DNA from: a virus
Taxonomy: Duplodnaviria; Caudoviricetes
Strand: one strand, 5' to 3'
IMG/VR virus record: IMGVR_UViG_3300033475_000064
Coordinates: 1 to 42,914 of that record
Length of the DNA stretch: 42,914 bases
Shown: piece after piece, positions 18,009 through 25,788 of the stretch
Numbering within the stretch: the first letter of the stretch is position 1
How the letters are laid out: each line of letters opens with the position of its first letter
Program-made: the position numbers and the translations under genes
The notes under the pieces: generated by a model
What the model was told of the DNA's origin: nothing
Database searches by the model: none
The model's input: the letters and a program-made list of their open reading frames with translations, nothing else

Positions 18009-18159
18009 CTACAGCGGCGGCTCGGGGCAGTGCGTCGAGGTTGCCTGCGGGCAACATGACGAGGTGCTGATCCGCGACTCGAAGAACCCGATGGGCGGCG
18101 AGCTACGAGCGACACGCGAGCAGCTGCGCCGGCTGGCCTGGCTCCGCTGGGAGCGGTAG
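17968..18159 (+). CDS. DUF397 protein (Scr2/BldB-like)
   Basis: WRTSSYSGGSGQCVEVA...IRDSKNP signature; GTG 17968 after GAAGGGAG (ATG 17983 is the alternative start). Confidence 0.92.
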   Translation: MTTQAMELRWRTSSYSGGSGQCVEVACGQHDEVLIRDSKNPMGGELRATREQLRRLAWLRWER

Positions 18160-18171
18160 GCCGTGACAGCG

Positions 18172-18206
18172 CGAGGCCCCCGGCAACCATGATGCCGGGG
18201 GCCTCG
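18172..18206. terminator. Hairpin after DUF397
   Basis: CGAGGCCCCCGGCA/TGCCGGGGGCCTCG perfect 14-bp stem; no long U tract. Confidence 0.65.
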
Positions 18207-18255
18207 TCATGAGCGGACCGCTGCGAGCAGGCTACCTGGCTCGACACGGCGGCAG

Positions 18256-18474
18256 CCGGTACAGATCGGGTACAGGAGATGCTCGGTAGCGACCGGTAAT
18301 GACCGGTAACGACCGGTACTGTTTTTGCAGGTCAGACGGCATGTGGCCGACATCGCCGCAGGTCGGTCAGAGGCATCGAGGAGTTCATGAACCAGAAGTC
18401 CATCCGGCTGTAGAAGTGCTGTTGACCTGCTTGTGGGGAGCGGTTCGCCTGCGTCCGGTACAGATGCGGTACAG
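18256..18474. mobile_element. attP region
   Basis: Non-coding gap at the integrase 3' end. Arm-like pairs CCGGTACAGAT-CG/GC-GGTACAG at 18256-18275 and 18455-18474; GACCGGTA x3 at 10-bp period (18291-18318); GCAGGTCA/TGACCTGC flank a putative core at about 18372-18413. Confidence 0.85.
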
Positions 18475-18475
18475 C

Positions 18476-19684
18476 TCAGCTTCCGCTGGTCCGCCGGCCC
18501 TTGTCGACGGGGCTGAGTGCCTCGTCGATGAGGTGCCGGGTCCGGTCCTCGGCGTCCGGCCAGTACCCGGTGTAGATGTTCAGGGTGGTCGTTGGCGTCG
18601 AGTGGCCCATGGCCAGCTGGACCTCCTTGACGTTGGCACCGCCCCAGATCAGCGCCGTCGCGAAGTAGTGCCGCAGGTCGTGAAGGCCGAAGTCGGCGGG
18701 GAGTCCCACCTCTGCGGCAGCCCGCGTGATCGCATGCTGCCAAGTGCTGCTTGAGATCGCACTGCCCCGCGAGGTAGTGAACATCAATTTGGCGTGGCGT
18801 TCGATGGGTGAGCGAGGGTCCGTGCTGATGTCTTTGATCAGCACGGACCGCGGAGGATACTTCTGCATGTGCAGGGCCAATGCTTCCGCCGTTATGGTCG
18901 GCAGCCCATTGGTGCGCTTGCTAGTGCTGGTTTTCGGAGGTGCCAACTTGGGCCCACCACGGGCCGAGATCAGCCCCCGTCGGACATGAGCTTCTCGCCT
19001 GAGGAAGTCGAAGGCGTCCACCTCCGCACCAAAGATTTCTCCAGCCCGCCAACCGCAACCGGCCGCAACTAGAGGAATGGCGCGGTACCTGTCGGGGAGG
19101 GCAGCTGATAGGGCGAGTACCTCCGACCGGCTCGCGATGTAGTACTCAGCCTTCTGGATCCGGGGGAGTGTGATGCCGGAGCATGGGGATACCCCTATTA
19201 TGCGGTCGATGACGGCAGCCTTGAACAGTGGCGCGACTACCGTGCCGTAGGTGACGTGGAGCGTTTTCGGGCCCAGTATCTGACTACGGTCGCGTACCCA
19301 CCGCTGTATCTGGCTTGCGCGCACTGATGAAATGGGGGTATTCCCGAAGAAGGGAAGGAAGTGTACACGCGCGTTGCTCTCTACGCGACGTTCGGTTTGT
19401 TCGCGGAACATCTGTCCTTCGAACCAGGAGGCGAAGTACTCGGCGACCGTGATTTGCCCGGCGCGCGGGTCGACGTATTGGCCCCGACTGATGTCGGCAC
19501 CTATGTTCTTATCGAAGTTTTCTGCATCCGCCTTTCGGTCGAATGACCTGGTGACTATCTTGCTGGTCTCGGGATCTTCCCAGCTGACGCGCCAACGGTT
19601 TCCGCGTCCATGCCGCTTGGTCTTTCGGCGTTCGTTGGTTTTCGGGTCTTTTTCATCCGAATACCACAGGTCATGTACGGTCAT
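18476..19684 (-). CDS. int: Tyrosine integrase
   Basis: Arm-binding N-terminus (RGQYVDPRAG), GCGWRAGE (R), PPKT (K), HDLRH, MGH and catalytic Tyr (LNIYTG). Confidence 0.95.
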   Translation of the reverse strand: MTVHDLWYSDEKDPKTNERRKTKRHGRGNRWRVSWEDPETSKIVTRSFDRKADAENFDKNIGADISRGQYVDPRAGQITVAEYFASWFEGQMFREQTERRVESNARVHFLPFFGNTPISSVRASQIQRWVRDRSQILGPKTLHVTYGTVVAPLFKAAVIDRIIGVSPCSGITLPRIQKAEYYIASRSEVLALSAALPDRYRAIPLVAAGCGWRAGEIFGAEVDAFDFLRREAHVRRGLISARGGPKLAPPKTSTSKRTNGLPTITAEALALHMQKYPPRSVLIKDISTDPRSPIERHAKLMFTTSRGSAISSSTWQHAITRAAAEVGLPADFGLHDLRHYFATALIWGGANVKEVQLAMGHSTPTTTLNIYTGYWPDAEDRTRHLIDEALSPVDKGRRTSGS

Positions 19685-19749
19685 TCGATACCCTCGGTGG
19701 CCGGGGTCGCGCCGGGCCGGGGAAGAGCTCGGCGCGACCGACTTGCTGC

Positions 19750-19974
19750 CTACCTGTCGGGTCTGCGGACCCGAGACATCGCCCGCTGGTGCTCGATGAC
19801 GCTGTCACGCACAGCGACGCCGATCCAGCCGATCCAGGCGATGACCATGACCACTCGCGGGAGGCTGAGCAGGCCGTCGTCGATCGACGTGCCAGCGAGC
19901 GATGCGGTCAATCCGAGCAGGTAGATGACGGTGATCACGATGGCGCCCAATAGGACGCCGTGACGCAGTAGCAA
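19750..19974 (-). CDS. Small two-TM membrane protein
   Basis: TTG start after GGGGAGGGA; two hydrophobic helices; lies between repressor and integrase. Confidence 0.55.
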   Translation of the reverse strand: MLLRHGVLLGAIVITVIYLLGLTASLAGTSIDDGLLSLPRVVMVIAWIGWIGVAVRDSVIEHQRAMSRVRRPDR

Positions 19975-20154
19975 CGTGGCTCCCTCCCCTGGGGCCCGCT
20001 CCCGGCCGTAGCGGGTCGATATTTCTTCGTGCGGATGGGATCGCTCTGTACGTAACCCACCGTTAGCGATTTAGAACATTTGGTCCAGGATGAGAGCCAC
20101 ATCTCACCCGATCGGTGCATAAAGTTCACCTTGGGTGAGTGATCGACACGCTAG

Positions 20155-20577
20155 TCACGGTGCGCGCAATTGAAGTGCGCGCCGCAGGAACTCCTCTCCG
20201 GTCGCCGCGTCGAAGACCTCGGTGACGGCGGCCTGCATCCGCACCAGCTCCTCGAGCTCGGCGCCGCGCACGATGTCGCCACCATCGGTCGACGGTGCGG
20301 CCGGCGACAGTTCGATGCTGGCCCTGGTGAGCCGTCGGGGCTCGCCACCGCGCAGTACGACCATGGCGGATCCGGGCTCCCAGCTGAGTGCTACCTCGAG
20401 CTTGGCGCGGTTGTTGGCCCGCAGGGTGGTCTTGCCGGTGAGGAACTCGCTCATGCTGCGAGCGCCGAAGTTGGGCATGGCGGCGGCGAGCGCTGCTTGG
20501 GTGCCGTAGCCGCCGGGCGCGTCGATCTCGCGGCGCACGTAGTCGCGCAGCCGTCCCCAGTCGAGGTCGATCTCCAC
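20155..20577 (-). CDS. Immunity repressor (HTH)
   Basis: Divergent from cro; TQAALAAA...MSEFLTG HTH and LEVALSWEPGS motif as in actinophage repressors; GAGGAGGG RBS. Confidence 0.75.
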   Translation of the reverse strand: MEIDLDWGRLRDYVRREIDAPGGYGTQAALAAAMPNFGARSMSEFLTGKTTLRANNRAKLEVALSWEPGSAMVVLRGGEPRRLTRASIELSPAAPSTDGGDIVRGAELEELVRMQAAVTEVFDAATGEEFLRRALQLRAP

Positions 20578-20598
20578 CGGTTCCCTCCTCTTGGGCTG

Positions 20599-20723
20599 AC
20601 CTCATGACACCTCATAGTTTCTCATGAGGTTCACCTGTGTGTCCACGACCGGTTCCGGACAGTGAACTGGACGTCACAACCTCATAAACCTCATCGCAAC
20701 TCTTGATGAGACGCGATGAGGTT
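20599..20723. promoter_or_regulatory. Genetic-switch operator region
   Basis: CTCAT at 20601, 20611, 20621, 20681, 20690; ATGAG at 20624, 20706, 20716; 11-bp inverted repeat AACCTCATCGC/GCGATGAGGTT. Confidence 0.7.
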
Positions 20724-20738
20724 GCGTAGGTTGTGTCC

Positions 20739-20972
20739 ATGCCGAAGCCGAACGGGAAGTTCATCCGGTGCACCCGGATCGAGGCGGGTCTCATGCCGGG
20801 CGACCTCGCCGAGCTGGCCAAGGTGCGCCCCGCGACCCTCTACAACATCGAGAGCGTCGACCAGCCCACCCGCCTTGAGGTTCTCCACCGGATCGCGCGG
20901 GTTCTTGAGGTCGACGACGTCAACAAGCTCATCGCCAGCGATGTGGCTTCCGAGCCTGCGGACGTGGCGTGA
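20739..20972 (+). CDS. Cro-like XRE HTH protein
   Basis: DLAELAKVRPATLYNIES...LHRIARVLEV; first rightward early gene. Confidence 0.8.
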   Translation: MPKPNGKFIRCTRIEAGLMPGDLAELAKVRPATLYNIESVDQPTRLEVLHRIARVLEVDDVNKLIASDVASEPADVA

Positions 20973-21208
20973 TGGCCGCCTCGAAGGAGCGTCGCGAGCT
21001 CGCGACGATCGACCAGGTCGCCGCCCACTTCGCCCTCTCGCCCCGCACCCTGCACGACCAGCACGCCCGCGGCGTTGAGGTCGGCGCGCTCGGGTTCCGC
21101 GTCGGCCGGCACCTTCGCTGGGACTGGACGGACATCGACCGCTACGTCGAGACCCAGAAGCAGCAGCCGGTCGGCCGCCGTCGTGGCCGCCTGCGCCGCG
21201 CCGCCTGA
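20972..21208 (+). CDS. Excisionase-like HTH protein
   Basis: LATIDQVAAHFALSPRTL...FRVGRHLRW...IDRYV winged-helix pattern. Confidence 0.75.
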   Translation: MAASKERRELATIDQVAAHFALSPRTLHDQHARGVEVGALGFRVGRHLRWDWTDIDRYVETQKQQPVGRRRGRLRRAA

Positions 21209-21276
21209 CCCCGCACACAAGAGCGTCCCGCCCGGCAGCCACCGAACGGGACGCAGCACAGGAGAAGAGACCTCCC

Positions 21277-21540
21277 ATGACCAGCAGCACCGTACAGCCC
21301 GAGCCGGACGGCCGGGACCCGGAGCAGACCGACCGCTACCCCGACGTGCAGGCGATCGTCGACGAGTTCGTCTCGCCGGCGGCCGTCACGAAGGAGACGC
21401 CCGTGGACGAGGACGAGACCCGGGCCGTGGTGGCCGAGCACTTCCGCTGCAACCCGCTGGCCGAGCAGGACACGGACGCCGGCTTCGTCCGCCTGGCCGG
21501 GCTGTTGGGCCTGAACCGCGACAGCGCGGCGGTGGCCTGA
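21277..21540 (+). CDS. Hypothetical protein
   Basis: AGGAG RBS preceded by hairpin 21223-21254; acidic. Confidence 0.7.
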   Translation: MTSSTVQPEPDGRDPEQTDRYPDVQAIVDEFVSPAAVTKETPVDEDETRAVVAEHFRCNPLAEQDTDAGFVRLAGLLGLNRDSAAVA

Positions 21541-21699
21541 ATGGCCAAGCCCAAGCCCCTGACCGACGCCGAGCTGAAGGCGCTGGTGAAGCAGCAGGTC
21601 AAGGACAACGCCGACAAGGACTGGAACTCGGCGAGCAAGGACGAGCGGAACGCGGCCGACGAGATGACCGGCTACTGGGCGAACGGAGACAAAAAGTGA
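21541..21699 (+). CDS. Small hypothetical protein, 52 aa
   Basis: MAKPKPLTDAELKALVKQQVKDNADKDW...; abuts previous stop and overlaps next start. Confidence 0.7.
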   Translation: MAKPKPLTDAELKALVKQQVKDNADKDWNSASKDERNAADEMTGYWANGDKK

Positions 21700-22094
21700 C
21701 CACCTCGACCAAGCTCAACCTCGCCTCCACCCTGCGCGGGCTGGCCGAGCACCTCGACCGCCACGACCTCGCCGACGACGTCATCGGCATCCGCCTCGGC
21801 GGATTGTCGTGCGAGGCCGCCCGGGACCGCGTGGTCGTCCACGTCTACGAGCACCCCACCTTGCTGGGCTGGCTCGCGTCGCTCGATGACGTCACCGCGC
21901 TCGCCCAGGTGTTCAGCGAGGACTCGCTGCACGTCGAGGTGTTGGGCGTGCAGGCGGAGCAGCCGTTCTGTGTGGTGTTCTGCGCCAGCCCCGCACGCCA
22001 CCCCGACGTGCACTCCGCCTTGCTGGCCGCGCTCGACCCGGAGATCGACGGGTACCAGCCGATCGACGCGGCGCTCCTGGGCGGTGCGATATGA
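21696..22094 (+). CDS. Hypothetical protein
   Basis: GTGA coupling; LASTLRGLAEHLDRH. Confidence 0.7.
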   Translation: MTTSTKLNLASTLRGLAEHLDRHDLADDVIGIRLGGLSCEAARDRVVVHVYEHPTLLGWLASLDDVTALAQVFSEDSLHVEVLGVQAEQPFCVVFCASPARHPDVHSALLAALDPEIDGYQPIDAALLGGAI

Positions 22095-22180
22095 CCGTCT
22101 ACACGGGACTCCTCGACGAGCCGACCGAGCCGTTCGACCTGTTCCTGCCGCCGTACGCCCAGGCGGTGTCCCGTGGCTGA
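22091..22180 (+). CDS. Microprotein, 29 aa
   Basis: ATGA coupling; MTVYTGLLDEPTEPFDLFLPPYAQAVSRG; fills the gap exactly. Confidence 0.5.
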   Translation: MTVYTGLLDEPTEPFDLFLPPYAQAVSRG

Positions 22181-22376
22181 CCGCGTGTTGAACGTCGCCG
22201 GCGGCACCATGGCCGCCTTGATCCCGCTGGTGCTGGGCCTGGCCGTGGCGCTGGTGCAGCCCTCGGCGCTGCTGGCCGTGCTGGTGCTGTGGGGTTTCTG
22301 GCTGCTCGGCGTGGCTGTCATCGCGCTCGTCTTCCTGCGGCCCGTGCTGGGCCCGACCCGATCGGAGTGGCGATGA
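22173..22376 (+). CDS. Two-TM membrane protein
   Basis: Highly hydrophobic 67 aa; coupled on both sides. Confidence 0.65.
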   Translation: MADRVLNVAGGTMAALIPLVLGLAVALVQPSALLAVLVLWGFWLLGVAVIALVFLRPVLGPTRSEWR

Positions 22377-22645
22377 CCGCGCGCAAGAAGCGGTTCGGGG
22401 GCAACGGCTTCCGGACCGGCACACCGGGCAGCGACCTGGCGGGTACCGTCCGTCGGTCTCCGGACGGCACGATGCTCGCCATCTGCTGGCCGTCGCCGCC
22501 GAGTCTCTCCCGCTGGTGGGTGGCCGACGCGCACGGCTCGCTCGGCTACGAGCCGCCCGAGCGCATCGCGCATTGGCCCGTGGTCGGCGCGGTTCCGTAC
22601 TCGGCCGCCGCCGGCATGGCGCTCAAGACAGGAACGGGCGAATGA
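22373..22645 (+). CDS. Hypothetical protein
   Basis: ATGA couplings; GTVRRSPDG...WPVVG. Confidence 0.65.
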   Translation: MTARKKRFGGNGFRTGTPGSDLAGTVRRSPDGTMLAICWPSPPSLSRWWVADAHGSLGYEPPERIAHWPVVGAVPYSAAAGMALKTGTGE

Positions 22646-23526
22646 CGGAGCCGACGAAGCCGGGCGTCTACGACATGCCGGCCGAGGAGTACCACGCCCA
22701 CCCGGCGCTGTCATCGACCGGCGCCCGCCGCCTGATGCCGCCGTCGTGCCCGGCGCTGTTCCAGCACGAGCGGCTGCACGGCCGGCCGGACAGTCGGGCG
22801 TTCGACATCGGCCACGCCGCGCACCTGATGGTGCTCGGCTCGGGTCCGGAGCTGGTTGTCGTCGAGGCCGAGAACTGGCGGACCAAGGCGGCGCAGGCCG
22901 CGCGGGACCAGGCGTACGCGGAGGGCAAGACGCCGCTGCTGGAGCACGAGCACGACGAGGTGCAGGAGATGGCTGAGGTCATCCGCCGGCACCCGGTCGC
23001 GGGCAAGCTCCTCGACCCCGCACGGGGTCGCGCCGAGCAGTCGCTGTTCTGGCGGGACAGCAAGTCCGGCGTGGACTGTCGCGCTCGCCTGGATTTCCTG
23101 CCGCACCCAACCAGCGGCCGGCTGCTGGTGCCGGACTACAAGACCACGACGTCGGTCGAGCCGAAGGCATTGGCCAAGGCGGTGCACAAGTTCGGCTACC
23201 ACCAGCAGGACGACTGGTACAAGGACGCTGTCTACGCCAACGACTTGGCCGAGCGGGTGGCGTTCCTGTTCGTGTTCCAAGAGAAAGTCGCGCCGTACTT
23301 GGTGACGGTGGTCGAGCTGGGCCAGGACTTCCTGACCTGGGCGGCCGTGCTGAACGACAAGGCCCGCGACATCTTCCGGCGTTGCACCGACACCGGCGCC
23401 TGGCCGGGCTACAGCGACGGCATCGAGCAGGTGTTCCTGCCGACCTACGCCGAGCACGAGTACGAGGCCGCGCGGATGCGTGGCGACTTCGACATCACCC
23501 CCGTGACACAGAGGGATGTGGCATGA
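22642..23526 (+). CDS. RecE/exonuclease VIII-like PD-(D/E)XK nuclease
   Basis: EEYHAHPALSSTG, GHAAH, EQSLFW, CRARLD, DYKTT, YHQQ..WY, FVFQEK.APY. Confidence 0.9.
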   Translation: MTEPTKPGVYDMPAEEYHAHPALSSTGARRLMPPSCPALFQHERLHGRPDSRAFDIGHAAHLMVLGSGPELVVVEAENWRTKAAQAARDQAYAEGKTPLLEHEHDEVQEMAEVIRRHPVAGKLLDPARGRAEQSLFWRDSKSGVDCRARLDFLPHPTSGRLLVPDYKTTTSVEPKALAKAVHKFGYHQQDDWYKDAVYANDLAERVAFLFVFQEKVAPYLVTVVELGQDFLTWAAVLNDKARDIFRRCTDTGAWPGYSDGIEQVFLPTYAEHEYEAARMRGDFDITPVTQRDVA

Positions 23527-24458
23527 CCACCACCGACATCGCCCTGCCGTCCGCCACGCCGGACCGCATCGGCCAGGCCACCGCGGTGGAGCAGTCCCGC
23601 GCTGTGGCCGAGGTGCAGGGCGCGATCCTCGTCGCCCAGCGCTGTCCCCGCGACGTGACGGCCGCGGTCAACGCGATGCGTCAGTCCTGCGGCATGACCT
23701 ACCTGGCGGAGCGCGCGTTCTTCGACGTGCCGCGCGGCGGCTCGTCCGTCACCGGCCCGACCGTGCACCTCGCTCGGGATCTCGCCCGCACGTGGGGCAA
23801 CGTCCAGTACGGCGTGTCCGAGCTGCGCCGCGACGACGCGCACGGCCAGTCCGAGATGCTCGCCTTCGCCTGGGACGTCCAGACCAACACGCGCGTCGAG
23901 ACGAAGTTCATCGTGCCGCACATCCGGGACCGCTCGGCGAAGTACGGCGGCCCGATGCGGCTCACCAGCATGGACGACATCTACCAGTCCAATGCGAACG
24001 CCGGTGCCCGTCGCGTCCGCGAGTGCATCTTCAGCATCTTGCCGCCCTGGTTCGTCGAGGAAGCCAAGGCCGTCTGCCAGAAGACGTTGGAGCACGGCGG
24101 CGGCAAGCCGATCGAGCAGCGGGTCGCCGACGCTGTGCGCCTGTTCGAGGACGACTTCGACGTGACCGTGGACCAGCTGGAGCAGCGTGTCGGTCGGCCG
24201 ACGGCGAAGTGGACGGCTCGGGACGTGGCGTCGTTGTCGGTGACCTACCAGTCGTTGAAGCGTGGCGAGGTCCAGAAGGACGAGGCGTTCCCGGTCGAGC
24301 GCGTCACGGTCGAGGAGGTCGAGAAGGCCGCGCCGACCGGCCGCCGCGCGAAGGCGCGCGCCGCCGAGGAGTTGGAGCACCGGGAGCACGACGCACCGGT
24401 CCTCGGCTGCTCGTTGTGCGACGCCGACATGGCCGACGCCGAGGGTGGTGCCCAATGA
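23523..24458 (+). CDS. Putative single-strand annealing partner of the exonuclease
   Basis: Coupled to the RecE-like gene; EQSRAVAEVQ...PRD, GPTVHLAR..ARTWGN, AWDVQTN, ARRVRECI. Function inferred from position. Confidence 0.6.
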   Translation: MTTTDIALPSATPDRIGQATAVEQSRAVAEVQGAILVAQRCPRDVTAAVNAMRQSCGMTYLAERAFFDVPRGGSSVTGPTVHLARDLARTWGNVQYGVSELRRDDAHGQSEMLAFAWDVQTNTRVETKFIVPHIRDRSAKYGGPMRLTSMDDIYQSNANAGARRVRECIFSILPPWFVEEAKAVCQKTLEHGGGKPIEQRVADAVRLFEDDFDVTVDQLEQRVGRPTAKWTARDVASLSVTYQSLKRGEVQKDEAFPVERVTVEEVEKAAPTGRRAKARAAEELEHREHDAPVLGCSLCDADMADAEGGAQ

Positions 24459-24859
24459 TCAGTTGGCAGTCGGCCCACAACAGCCACTTCAACGTCGGCA
24501 ATCCCGACGAGCGCGGCAAGACCGTGCCTGTCTGGGTCGAGCAAGGCAACAACGTCTACAGCTGTGAGCTGGCCCCGCGCGCCGCCCGTGAGGCCGCCGC
24601 CGAGTTGGTACTCCGCGCCAACGTGATCGACCCGCTGCCGAAGCAGTCGGCCGGGCCGAAGATCGTGTTCAGGGACGACGGGCCCGCGTTGAGCTCGGCT
24701 CGCCTTGAGGCGGAGCTGATCAACGGGGAGCTGGCCTTGCGGCTCTACCCCAACGCGAGCAGCGGCTACCGGGCCGTGGCCATCCCGATCGAGGACGTCC
24801 GCAGCGTGCTGGCCGAGATCCGCGACGTGGCCTTCCCGGATGAGAGGTGCCCGTTCTGA
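24455..24859 (+). CDS. Hypothetical protein
   Basis: ATGA coupling; GC3-rich frame. Confidence 0.65.
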   Translation: MISWQSAHNSHFNVGNPDERGKTVPVWVEQGNNVYSCELAPRAAREAAAELVLRANVIDPLPKQSAGPKIVFRDDGPALSSARLEAELINGELALRLYPNASSGYRAVAIPIEDVRSVLAEIRDVAFPDERCPF

Positions 24860-24999
24860 TGCCCTCCTACGGCGAGTTCATCCTGCCGCCGCCGGTCGAC
24901 AACCGCCCGGCCGTCGAGGTTCCCGCCGACGCCCAGGCCGGCACCCTGTGCGCCCTCTGCGGCCACCCCAACTGCCTCAACCCGGGAGCGTGCCAATGA
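24859..24999 (+). CDS. Small Cys-rich protein, 46 aa
   Basis: TGATG coupling, GAGAGG RBS; CALCGHPNC....C. Confidence 0.55.
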   Translation: MPSYGEFILPPPVDNRPAVEVPADAQAGTLCALCGHPNCLNPGACQ

Positions 25000-25295
25000 C
25001 CACCATCGACTTCGACGCGATCCGCACGGCCGCGACTAAGCGGGCTGCTCGCAGCATCCGCATCGGCAACCTGATCCGCACCTACGACGGCGACAGGGAG
25101 CGCTGGTCGCGGGTGTTCGCGATCCTCGACGGCCAGAACCCGGAGACCAAGCAGAAGGTGCGGGAGCTGCGCGCCAAGGACCTGACCGACACGTCGACCG
25201 GCTGCGCGATCCGGGTATTCCCCGACACGCTGGTCATGAGCGTGCCGACGCCGCTGGCCCGCAGGCTCGCACCCGAGGCGGTGGCCAATGTCTGA
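24996..25295 (+). CDS. Hypothetical protein
   Basis: ATGA coupling; MTTIDFDAIR... Confidence 0.65.
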   Translation: MTTIDFDAIRTAATKRAARSIRIGNLIRTYDGDRERWSRVFAILDGQNPETKQKVRELRAKDLTDTSTGCAIRVFPDTLVMSVPTPLARRLAPEAVANV

Positions 25296-25788
25296 CGCCA
25301 GCGGCGTCGGCACACCGCCGCCGAAGCTGACACACGACCCGTGCTGCTCCAGCCACGGCGCGTCCCTGGGCTGCAAGACCTACCGCCGTACGCACTTCGT
25401 CGAGGTCGGCCCGTGCTGCTCGACGTGGGCCGAGGAGCACCCCGAGTACGGGACCGCCAGCGACCCGAAGTCGCCCAAGGCTTCCCCGCGCGTGGCACCG
25501 AACGACATCGAGGACGCGCTGCGCCAGCTCGCCCAGTACCGGGAGCGCAACGACAACCTCACCCAGGCGCAGGTGCTGCTCGCCGACCGGCTCACCTCCT
25601 ACGCCTCGAAGCTGATCCCGGCCGAGGAGCGGGAGGTCGCCGGCAAGGCCATGGTGCGTGCCGCGACCGCGTTGGCCGCGCTGGTCCAGTTCGACGTCAA
25701 CCCGGCGGCGCTGTGCAACATCCAGATGCTGGCCGGGGAACGCATGGTCGCCGAGGCGCGCGGCCGGAAAGGCGGCGACCGTGGCTGA
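25288..25788 (+). CDS. Hypothetical protein with Cys/His-rich N-terminal module
   Basis: HDPCCSSH...C...HFVEVGPCC then helical domain. Confidence 0.65.
   Translation: MSDASGVGTPPPKLTHDPCCSSHGASLGCKTYRRTHFVEVGPCCSTWAEEHPEYGTASDPKSPKASPRVAPNDIEDALRQLAQYRERNDNLTQAQVLLADRLTSYASKLIPAEEREVAGKAMVRAATALAALVQFDVNPAALCNIQMLAGERMVAEARGRKGGDRG

Noticed and set aside
18291-18320. GACCGGTA repeats as mini-CRISPR
   Set aside because: 10-bp tandem period with no spacers; fits att accessory sites.
18207-18475. tRNA or tmRNA fragment in attP
   Set aside because: No GTTCRA T-loop with acceptor stem found; no tRNA genes recognised anywhere in the window.
20155-20577. Integration-dependent immunity (attP inside repressor)
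   Set aside because: The att-like repeats lie downstream of int, not in the repressor gene.
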